A DNA stretch of 32,000 bases from Opitutia bacterium KCR 482 (lineage in GTDB: Bacteria; Verrucomicrobiota; Verrucomicrobiia; Opitutales; Intestinicryptomonadaceae). Below are positions 8,378-15,277 of this stretch, piece by piece. How positions within the stretch are numbered: the stretch's first letter is position 1; every line of letters starts with the position of its first letter. Below the pieces are notes generated by a model that searched no databases, was not told where the DNA came from, and worked only from the letters and a program-made list of their open reading frames with translations. The stretch covers positions 810,001-842,000 of the forward strand of contig CP149973.1 of assembly GCA_029269845.2 (NCBI GenBank). Reading direction: 5' to 3'. Made by a program: the position numbers and the translations under genes.

Positions 8378-9298
8378 ATGAACGAAAACATAATAAGCGC
8401 AAACGAAAATAAATTCACCGCGGGCAACTACTCGGAAGCCCTCACGGCGTTCACTACGGGCTGGGTCGACCCCGACAACATCTCGGCGATTCTCGACTTC
8501 ATCGCCCCGCCCGTCCCCGTCGGCAGACGCTTCGAATTCAAGCGCAGCGACAACGCACAGGCGTTCTTCTCGGAAAGCGACGACGTGCGCTCAATCGGCG
8601 CGGAGTTCAAGCGCGTCCGCTACGACGGCGAGTCGGTCAACGAAAAGACGCTCAACAAGGGGCTTACAATCCGCGTAGACCACGACGAAGCCGCGGGCGA
8701 CGACTGGCAGGAACGCTATGTGCAGATGCTGCTCCAACGCCTGCTCCGCAACGAGCTGCGCAGGGCGGTTGCAGCCCTCGACGCAATCGCCACGGCGCAG
8801 ACAAAGGCGGACTGGTCGGCGAGCGCAAACCCCGACGCCGACATTCGCGCAATGCTTTCCTCCGCCGCAGACCAGAGCGGAATCCGACCGAACAGGCTGC
8901 TGCTTGGCGAATCGGCGTGGGACAAGCGCATGACGTGCCTCGAATCGCAAAATTCGGCGGTTGCCTTCAAGGGCGCGGCGATGGCGCAGGACGAGCTTGC
9001 GGGCAAATTCCTGCTCGACGGCTGCCGCGTGCTGGCGTCGCGATTCCAGAGTTCCGACACCGCAAAATCGAAAATCCTCGGCAATACGGTCTACGCGTTC
9101 TACGCGCAGAACGCCGTTTCGAAGGACGAACCGTCGAACCTCAAACGCTTCTACACCCCCACGGAGGAGGGCTCGGCGTTCAGGGTTTACTGCGACGAAC
9201 ACGCAAAGTACACCGACATCACTGTCGAGCACTATTCAAGCATAGTGGCGGCGAGCGAGCTCGGCGTGCGCAAACTCGAAATCAAGGAAGGAGCGTAA
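8378..9298 (+). CDS. Major capsid protein (HK97-fold expected)
   Basis: 306 aa, sited directly after the protease and decoration genes (4-nt gap). Acidic/aromatic composition without TM or signal sequence, and followed by a strong intercistronic hairpin. Family (lambda E-like vs Mu T-like) not resolvable by eye. Confidence 0.6.
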   Translation: MNENIISANENKFTAGNYSEALTAFTTGWVDPDNISAILDFIAPPVPVGRRFEFKRSDNAQAFFSESDDVRSIGAEFKRVRYDGESVNEKTLNKGLTIRVDHDEAAGDDWQERYVQMLLQRLLRNELRRAVAALDAIATAQTKADWSASANPDADIRAMLSSAADQSGIRPNRLLLGESAWDKRMTCLESQNSAVAFKGAAMAQDELAGKFLLDGCRVLASRFQSSDTAKSKILGNTVYAFYAQNAVSKDEPSNLKRFYTPTEEGSAFRVYCDEHAKYTDITVEHYSSIVAASELGVRKLEIKEGA

Positions 9299-9300
9299 TA

Positions 9301-9338
9301 GGCGGCGCGACGGAGGCCTTCGGGCTTCCGCCGCGTCC
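9301..9338 (+). promoter_or_regulatory. Intercistronic GC-rich stem-loop (UUCG loop) just after the capsid gene
   Basis: GGCGGCGCGACGGAGGCC (9301-9318), TTCG loop (9319-9322), GGCTTCCGCCGCGTCC (9323-9338): about 14 pairs including 2 G-U plus internal and terminal mismatches. No T-tract follows. Confidence 0.45.
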
Positions 9339-9346
9339 ATGCGGTT

Positions 9347-9796
9347 ATGGAATGGATTAAAATTTTCCCCGAAGACCTCGAAGAGGCTCTAAACAAACCA
9401 CAGCTCGACACGCTCAAAGCCGAGGCGTTCAAGTCGCGCAAACGCGACATTTCGGTGGACATCATAGCGACGGTCATAGCGCGAATCAGGGTGGAAATCG
9501 CAACGAGCGGGCTGAACGCGCTCGACGCCGACCACTCTAAAATTCCGCCCGAGCTCAAAGACTGCGCGTTGCGGCTTGCGGTGGAATCGCTCCACCTGCG
9601 CGTGCCGTCGATTGAAATTTCAGACATGCAGAAGAAGCACGCCGACATCGCCCGCGAAACGCTTGCAAGAATCGCGCGGGGCGAGCTTGTGGTGTCGCGA
9701 CCGCTCGACGGCGTAAAAACCGTGCGTCCCCGACGCGGCGTATCGGCGGCTTCGGCGGCGAGAAACGCAAGCCGCAAAACAATGGAGGGCATTTAA
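9347..9796 (+). CDS. Head-tail adaptor / head completion protein (DUF1320, Mu gp36-like)
   Basis: 149 aa, first gene after the capsid gene. Helical pattern with a conserved-looking C-terminal ARETLARIARGEL segment, similar to DUF1320 adaptor proteins. Assignment rests on position plus weak motif recollection. Confidence 0.45.
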   Translation: MEWIKIFPEDLEEALNKPQLDTLKAEAFKSRKRDISVDIIATVIARIRVEIATSGLNALDADHSKIPPELKDCALRLAVESLHLRVPSIEISDMQKKHADIARETLARIARGELVVSRPLDGVKTVRPRRGVSAASAARNASRKTMEGI

Positions 9797-9797
9797 A

Positions 9798-10205
9798 ATG
9801 GGAACGCTCGAAAGCCTGCAAAATTCGATTTACGAACGCCTGCGCGGCGCGTCCGACCTGCGCCTTGCCGACATCAAAAAGGAGGGCGCGGACGACGACG
9901 GCGGAAAGGCGAACGGACTCCGAATAACAGTGGGAAGGCCGCTGCCGAAAACCGCGTCGAAATACGCGGCAGGCCCGACATTTTCGGAGGTGGAGCTGCG
10001 CGTGGAAGTTTCGCGCGCCGACCCGATAGCCGCAAACGCGCCGTCGCTGCTTTCCGCCGCCGAAACCGTATCGAAATCGCTTCACAACTGGACGCCGCCG
10101 CTGGCGTGCGGATACGGGCGCATGACCCTTGCGCCGCAGTATCCGTGGATTTCCAAGGACGGGAAAATCTCGATAATCCTCAACGCGCAATCGGTTTTGC
10201 AATGA
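9798..10205 (+). CDS. Putative neck / head-tail joining protein
   Basis: 135 aa, 1-nt gap from the upstream gene and an ATGA overlap with the downstream gene. The N-terminal LESLQNSIYERLRG pattern resembles small phage head-tail joining proteins. No firm family. Confidence 0.35.
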   Translation: MGTLESLQNSIYERLRGASDLRLADIKKEGADDDGGKANGLRITVGRPLPKTASKYAAGPTFSEVELRVEVSRADPIAANAPSLLSAAETVSKSLHNWTPPLACGYGRMTLAPQYPWISKDGKISIILNAQSVLQ

Positions 10206-10588
10206 AAATAAAATTCGCCGACACAAACCTTGCGAACGACGGAGAGTTCCCGAAATCGCTTTCGCTCGAAACGTGCAGACGCTCGCAGACGGAATACACT
10301 ATCGACGCCGACGAGGCCAAAATTTTCGACAGGGGCAACACAAAAACTACCCTCGCGTTCGAAATCGAACGCGCCCACGGAAGCGAAGCCGACGCCGAAA
10401 AATTCGCGGTCGGGCACGCCTCCGAAATCGCCGCGCTCTCGCCCGCCGCGCTCGTTTTCGAACACGCAGACGGCTCGAAAACGACATTCGAAAACGCGGT
10501 GGTTTCGAAAATCAAAACCGAATACGAAAAACTTGTATCAAATACCCGCTACGAATTTTCGGCGGGCAAACCAAAGGAGCAACAATGA
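10202..10588 (+). CDS. Hypothetical phage structural protein (128 aa)
   Basis: Start at ATG 10202 (ATGA overlap with the upstream stop). Beta-rich, acidic, no TM. Could be a tube/distal-tail-like protein by size and position only. Confidence 0.4.
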   Translation: MKIKFADTNLANDGEFPKSLSLETCRRSQTEYTIDADEAKIFDRGNTKTTLAFEIERAHGSEADAEKFAVGHASEIAALSPAALVFEHADGSKTTFENAVVSKIKTEYEKLVSNTRYEFSAGKPKEQQ

Positions 10589-10734
10589 CAATCGACGACA
10601 TCGAACGCGAAATGCGCACGGAACTCGACAGGCTCGAATCGAAAATCGACGAGCTTGAAAAAACCGTGGCGCAGCTGAAATCCGACATCGAGGAAAGCCT
10701 CGAACAAATGAAAAAACTCAAAGGCGAAGTATAG
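10585..10734 (+). CDS. Small coiled-coil protein (49 aa)
   Basis: ATG 10585 with AAAGGAG 6 nt upstream and an ATGA overlap with the upstream stop. Heptad-like sequence MTIDDIEREMRTELDRLESKIDELEKTVAQLKSDIEESLEQMKKLKGEV. Confidence 0.5.
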   Translation: MTIDDIEREMRTELDRLESKIDELEKTVAQLKSDIEESLEQMKKLKGEV

Positions 10735-10735
10735 A

Positions 10736-12454
10736 ATGAACGTCGTTTTCAGGATAAACTCGGCGGCGGTAGACGCCGCAAAATTCCCGGTGTGCGCGGC
10801 GAAAATCCTCCGCAAAACGTCGTCGGCAGACGAGCTTAGAATCACGCTCGCGCCCGACGCGCAGACCGTGCCCGACATCGACGACACAATCGAGGTTTTC
10901 GTCGGAAGCACGCGCAAATTTTTCGGACGCATCACGAAAATCCCCAAACGGCGCGCGGCGGAAAAAACGGCGTCGGAAATCGTCGCAAAAAGTCCGTGGA
11001 GGGACTTGGAGGAAACCGTCTACCAGCAGTACTGGAAACGCGCCGTCGGCGGAGAATCGGCAAGCGTGCTCCGAAGCAGAGTCGCGCTCGGACAAAACGC
11101 CGCGGGCGGGAAAATCAAGGTCTCGGAGCAAATCAGAGAAATCGCGCTCTACGCGGCGTCGTGCGGAGCGCAGCTCGCCGTCGGCACAATAGACACAGAC
11201 TCCGACATGCTGCTTGACGAAGCCCGCGACATCTCCTGCGCCCAGGCAATAGCGCGTACCCTCAAATGGGCGCCGAATTCCGTGGCGTACTTCGACTACG
11301 CGACGGACGGCTACCCCAAGCTCGAAGTCCGAAAACGCCCCGCCCTGCCGTCGGAGACAATAGATATTTCGAAGAAAACCACGCTCTCGGCAAGCGTCGC
11401 CGAGCGTCCCGACCTGCGCGTAGATTGCGTTTCCGTAAAGTACGAGCAGGAAAACGAAGTGGACGGCGAAACGTGGCTCGCGGTCTCCGAGGAAAAATAC
11501 CCGCAGGACGCGCAGTCGAACTCGCGCCGCGCAATCGTGATGACGGTCGATTTGGACGGCGCGAAATCGTCGTCTTCGACATATAAAATCGTCTGCGGAA
11601 CGGTGCAGCCAAACAGCGTGCAGTGGTGGCGAAAGCATGTGCCGTCGCTCGCGGACGAATCGGACATGACGGTTGTCGAATCGGCGCGTGAAACGCCGAC
11701 ATACGCGCGGGAGCTGCTCGTAGGCTCGATTGTAGCGGGAATGAACTTCCAAACGCTCTCCGACCGCATTACGGCGAAAGTAAAATACACAACAGACGAC
11801 GGAAGCATTGTCACAAAAAACGTCGCAGCAAACATTCTTTCGACAAACGCAGTCAGCGGAACGTACACAATCTGGAAGACGTCGCAGTTCGCGGAGGAAA
11901 AGCCGTCGGGACTTGCGGAAGCCGTCTACAAAGCCGTTTCCGACGCGCAGTACGAAGGCTCGGTTAAGATTCTCGGCGCGCTCGAAAAGAGCTTTCTCGG
12001 CAAACGCATCGGCATTTCGGATTCGAAAAATCCCGACTGGGCGGACATAGGAGCGACGGTCGTGCAGACCGAGGAAAACCTCGCCGACGGCACGACGCTC
12101 GTAAAATTCGGCCCGCCCAAACACCTCTACCCCGACAACATGGAGGAGCTTTTCAGAATCAACCGAAACCGAACCGTAAGCTCCGACATATCGACGCGCA
12201 CGACGGGCAAAATTTCGGGGAAATCCGACGAGCCTACGCAGACGAAAGCCGAAATCAACGGCGGCGAAGGCGACGCGGTTTTCGACAAATTCGTGATTGG
12301 CGCAAGCGGCGGCGAACAACCCGACGGAATCGAGCTCGACCCAGCCGACCTCGACGACGGCGAGCTTGCGAAAATGCGCGAAATCTACATCTGCCACAAC
12401 GGCTACCTTGCAACCGCAAAAGTACTCATGAGCGAACCCAAATACGTAGAATAA
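10736..12454 (+). CDS. Large phage structural protein, possible tail hub / tip protein (572 aa)
   Basis: 1-nt gap from the upstream gene. The N-terminal pattern (ELRITLAPD...IEVFVGSTRKFFGRITKI) is reminiscent of gpD/gp27-like hub N-domains. No enzymatic motif seen. Functional call is positional and tentative. Confidence 0.4.
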   Translation: MNVVFRINSAAVDAAKFPVCAAKILRKTSSADELRITLAPDAQTVPDIDDTIEVFVGSTRKFFGRITKIPKRRAAEKTASEIVAKSPWRDLEETVYQQYWKRAVGGESASVLRSRVALGQNAAGGKIKVSEQIREIALYAASCGAQLAVGTIDTDSDMLLDEARDISCAQAIARTLKWAPNSVAYFDYATDGYPKLEVRKRPALPSETIDISKKTTLSASVAERPDLRVDCVSVKYEQENEVDGETWLAVSEEKYPQDAQSNSRRAIVMTVDLDGAKSSSSTYKIVCGTVQPNSVQWWRKHVPSLADESDMTVVESARETPTYARELLVGSIVAGMNFQTLSDRITAKVKYTTDDGSIVTKNVAANILSTNAVSGTYTIWKTSQFAEEKPSGLAEAVYKAVSDAQYEGSVKILGALEKSFLGKRIGISDSKNPDWADIGATVVQTEENLADGTTLVKFGPPKHLYPDNMEELFRINRNRTVSSDISTRTTGKISGKSDEPTQTKAEINGGEGDAVFDKFVIGASGGEQPDGIELDPADLDDGELAKMREIYICHNGYLATAKVLMSEPKYVE

Positions 12455-12456
12455 AC

Positions 12457-13080
12457 ATGCAAGCGTTTACACACCTTTCCCCGATTCCCTACCCGACGAC
12501 GGAAGTTCTGCCGGGCGGCGGGCTTGCAATCGGCCCGATGACGCCGCAGGAGTGCGTGGAGTTTTTCTGGCTGACATCGGAAGTGTCGCTCGACTTCTCG
12601 GTGCGCGTGTTCGAGCAGCACGCAAAAAGCGGCGACGTGCTCGTTGACATAACAAAAGCGGCGCATGCGGACAATTTCTGCTCGGCGACAATGCCGTTTT
12701 CGCTCGAACCCCGTGCGCGCTGCACGGCGTCGGGCAAAACGCTGTGCGACATATTCCTGCCCGACGGCGGACTCGACTTCCAAATTTCCGGCCCGTACGT
12801 CGATGCACACTACCCGCAAGAAATATCATTTGCAAGCAAATCATACTACTATAAACTTGCATTCCATTTCGGCGCAGGCTCGCTGGAAATCGATACAAAC
12901 TACTCGACAAATACCGGCCCTGCCTACATGACAACCGTAAAAAGATTCCCGTTTACAATATTCGATAAAACCTACTATTTGAACCTCAACGTGCCCGACA
13001 TGTACCTAAACCCCGCCCAATACGAACTAAACGTCTCATACAGCGCCGACATCTCATTAAGCAGGCAAAGCGCAGGCTAG
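12457..13080 (+). CDS. Hypothetical protein, last gene of cluster (207 aa; possible receptor-binding/tip protein)
   Basis: 2-nt gap from the upstream gene. Aromatic/beta-rich C-terminal half (YYYKLAFHFGAGSLEIDTNYSTNTGPAYMTTVKRFPFTIF). No recognisable family. Followed by three hairpins. Confidence 0.4.
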   Translation: MQAFTHLSPIPYPTTEVLPGGGLAIGPMTPQECVEFFWLTSEVSLDFSVRVFEQHAKSGDVLVDITKAAHADNFCSATMPFSLEPRARCTASGKTLCDIFLPDGGLDFQISGPYVDAHYPQEISFASKSYYYKLAFHFGAGSLEIDTNYSTNTGPAYMTTVKRFPFTIFDKTYYLNLNVPDMYLNPAQYELNVSYSADISLSRQSAG

Positions 13081-13128
13081 CAGCAGGCTGCAGCCTGCAC
13101 GGGCGCGAGCCGCGCCGGTCGTCGGAAC

Positions 13129-13221
13129 TTCGTTCCTTTCTGTGATAACTCGGCGCGGCTATAACCGCGCCTTTTCTGGATAAGTTCGTATTGGCTTCGC
13201 CAATTACTGGCGTTGGGAAAT
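13129..13221. repeat. Right copy of 93-bp imperfect direct repeat
   Basis: See left copy. The perfect 35-nt core is 13187-13221 (CGTATTGGCTTCGCCAATTACTGGCGTTGGGAAAT). Confidence 0.9.
13152..13177 (+). terminator. Terminator-like hairpin inside right repeat (end of phage-like operon)
   Basis: GGCGCGG (13152-13158) / CCGCGCC (13165-13171) then TTTTCT. Preceded by two further GC hairpins (13083-13098, 13102-13116). Confidence 0.6.
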
Positions 13222-13280
13222 GCTTAACGCAGAAAAGAAACTAATTTAAATAGACGCGCTATGCGCGGATAAAAAGAAAA

Positions 13281-13315
13281 GCGGAAATCCCGAATCTCGG
13301 AATTTCCGCTTTTTT
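13281..13315 (+). terminator. Strong rho-independent terminator in non-coding region
   Basis: 13-nt arms GCGGAAATCCCGA / TCGGAATTTCCGC (12 pairs, 1 mismatch), 3-nt loop, then TTTTTT (13310-13315). Confidence 0.75.
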
Positions 13316-13317
13316 GT

Positions 13318-13640
13318 AAAACCAACTTTTATCCCAACACACTCTAAAAATCTTCCGCGCCGTGCGCTCACTATTTAGGCGCGTCAAAGTGCTAGTATAA
13401 GGGCGGCTTTACGCGCGAAACAGGGCGCGTAGCATACACGGCTATCCGCAAACATTAGTCGGCTCACAAACCAAACAACTCCACTTTTCTCCCAGCGCAT
13501 TCTAAAAAACTTTGTGCGTTAGCACTCATTTGTTAGGGGTGTTAGAGTGCCGTTCAGGCGGTGGCTTTCACGCATGCGCAGGGCGCGTGGCGTACTTTTG
13601 TACGCGAGCGGTCTGCGCATGCGGGGAAACGCCGCATCAA
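13318..13640. repeat. Two degenerate tandem non-coding units (~158 bp period)
   Basis: Unit 1 from ~13325 (ACTTTTATCCCAACACACTCTAAAAA...) and unit 2 from ~13483 (ACTTTTCTCCCAGCGCATTCTAAAAAA...) align at roughly 60-65% identity. Blocks GGCTTT(C)ACGC..CAGGGCGCGT.GC.TAC are shared and hairpin positions are conserved. Boundaries are approximate. Confidence 0.55.
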
Positions 13641-13658
13641 CGGTGCTATAACACCCCG

Positions 13659-15143
13659 TCAGCGGTTGCGTTTCCTGTGCTTTTTGGTTTCTTCCACGAG
13701 GATTGGCTCGTTTCTGTACGCAAAGCCCTCCAACTTTCTGCGCTCGATTTTCGCGTTTATAAATTCCTCTATTCTTTTCAGGAACATAGTTTCGTCGGAG
13801 GAGTAAAGCGTGATTGCCGTGCCGTCCTTGTTCGCCCTGCCCGTTCGCCCGATTCTGTGGACATAGTCCTCCGCGTGTTCGGGAACGTTGTAGTTTATGA
13901 CGTACTGGACATCGTTGATGTCAAGCCCGCGCGAGGCGATGTCGGTTGCGACAAGTATGTTGGTCTTGCGCTCCTTGAAATCGGCGAGAGCCTTGTCGCG
14001 TTCGCGCTGGGTGCGGTCGGAGTGGAGAATCGACACTTTGTAGTCGTGCCCGACGAGCCATTCGCCGATTCTGTCGGCGTCGATTCGCGTGCGGGTGAAA
14101 ACTATGAGCGAGTCGAAAGTTATCGATTTAAGATATTCTATCAGTAAATCGTATTTTTGAATTCCGTCAACGGGATAGACGAAGTGCTCGATTGTATCGG
14201 CGGGGCTGTTTTGGGCAATGCCCGTGTCGAGCCTCTGCGGGTCGGTCAACGCCCATTTGGACAGGCGCATTACGGCGTCGGGCATTGTTGCCGAAAAGAA
14301 GAGCGTCTGGCGTTCCTTGGGGCAGTACCTGATGATGTTGGAAACGTCTTCGATGAAGCCCATGTCGAACATGCGGTCAACCTCGTCGAGCACAAGGTAC
14401 TTTATGTTTTTGAGCGAAATTGCGCGGTTGCGGTTGAGGTCGAGAAGCCTTCCGGGGGTGGCGACCACGACGTCCACGCCGCTTTTGAGCGCGGCAATCT
14501 GGCGTTCCATCGAGACGCCGCCCTGAACGAGGAGCGTTTCGATAGGCGAATATTTCGAGAAATTTTTGAACGCCTCGGCGGTCTGCGAGGCAAGCTCGCG
14601 AGTGGGGCTTAACACAAGCACGCGCGGCTCGAACTGCGATTCGCCGAGCTTGTCGACGAGCGGAAGCGCGAACGCCGCCGTTTTGCCCGTGCCCGTCTGC
14701 GCCGTGCCGATTACGTCCGCGCCAGAAAGGACAATCGGGACTGCCTTTGACTGAATCGGCGTGGGCGACGCGTAGCCCATGTCCTTGACGGCGGAGAGAA
14801 CCGCGGGGGAAAGACCGAGCGCGGCGAAGTCGGGAAGCGACGCCGAAAGCTCGTCCTGCGGATAGGGGGCGGGAACGTTTTTGGGAGCGCGTTTTTGCGC
14901 GGGGACATTCTGCACGTCCAAGCCTTTTTTGCCCGACTCGCGGCGCGGACGGCGACCCTCCCTGCGGCGGTCGTCGGGGCGGCGGGCGGCGTTTGCGGGG
15001 GCATTTTTGGGGCGCGGCGCGGCGGAATTTTTCTTTCGGGCGCCGCCCTGCTGTTTCCCCGCCTTGCGCGGCTCTGACTCATTTTTGGAAAAAACCTTTT
15101 TTCCGAGAGATACGATTTTCTTAAATAAATTCATGAAAGCCAA
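13659..15143 (-). CDS. DEAD-box ATP-dependent RNA helicase with basic N-terminal extension
   Basis: GYASPTPIQ (Q-motif region), AQTGTGKT (Walker A), DEVD (motif II), SAT, HRIGRTGR. The first ~105 aa are Arg/Lys/Pro-rich low complexity. Confidence 0.9.
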   Translation of the reverse strand: MAFMNLFKKIVSLGKKVFSKNESEPRKAGKQQGGARKKNSAAPRPKNAPANAARRPDDRRREGRRPRRESGKKGLDVQNVPAQKRAPKNVPAPYPQDELSASLPDFAALGLSPAVLSAVKDMGYASPTPIQSKAVPIVLSGADVIGTAQTGTGKTAAFALPLVDKLGESQFEPRVLVLSPTRELASQTAEAFKNFSKYSPIETLLVQGGVSMERQIAALKSGVDVVVATPGRLLDLNRNRAISLKNIKYLVLDEVDRMFDMGFIEDVSNIIRYCPKERQTLFFSATMPDAVMRLSKWALTDPQRLDTGIAQNSPADTIEHFVYPVDGIQKYDLLIEYLKSITFDSLIVFTRTRIDADRIGEWLVGHDYKVSILHSDRTQRERDKALADFKERKTNILVATDIASRGLDINDVQYVINYNVPEHAEDYVHRIGRTGRANKDGTAITLYSSDETMFLKRIEEFINAKIERRKLEGFAYRNEPILVEETKKHRKRNR

Positions 15144-15237
15144 ATATCAAATCAAAGGCGGACGCGCTCTTCAAGCTATTTCTTGCGCCCCTTAAAATAA
15201 AGACGCGCCCTAAAAGGCGTCGGGCGCGTTAAATTGG

Positions 15238-15265
15238 TTGACACGCGGGGAATGCCCAATAGGAT
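15238..15265 (+). promoter_or_regulatory. Candidate sigma70-like promoter for the 551-aa secreted protein gene
   Basis: TTGACA (15238-15243), 16-nt spacer, TAGGAT (15260-15265), 12 nt before ATG 15278. Confidence 0.3.
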
Positions 15266-15277
15266 TTTCGACTTTCT

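Larger units (their letters stand above)
5549..13221 (+). other. Repeat-bounded phage-derived structural gene cluster (7.67 kb, 10 ORFs, no terminase or integrase recognised)
   Basis: Ten tightly packed same-strand ORFs with phage head/neck signatures, delimited by direct repeats 5549-5641 and 13129-13221. Flanked by chromosomal genes (P-type ATPase, DEAD-box helicase). Composition looks like the surrounding chromosome. Confidence 0.75.

Noticed and set aside
10718-12397. 559-aa minus-strand ORF opposite the 572-aa phage-like gene
   Set aside because: Arg/Phe/Val-rich antisense translation. The plus-strand ORF is part of a translationally coupled operon (1-2-nt gaps on both sides).
5549-13221. 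Direct repeats as att sites of the integrase at 29369-30529
   Set aside because: That integrase is 16 kb away, separated by about a dozen housekeeping genes. It sits in a compositionally different island and appears to lack its catalytic Tyr. Nothing links it to the repeats.
13318-13640. Possibility that the tandem units are a CRISPR array
   Set aside because: There are only two copies, ~158 bp long and ~60-65% identical, with no short exact repeats alternating with unique spacers and no cas genes in the window.
13512-14147. 211-aa plus-strand ORF spanning the non-coding units and the helicase 3' end
   Set aside because: It is antisense to the well-supported helicase for most of its length. 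The remainder covers degenerate repeat units that do not conserve the reading frame.
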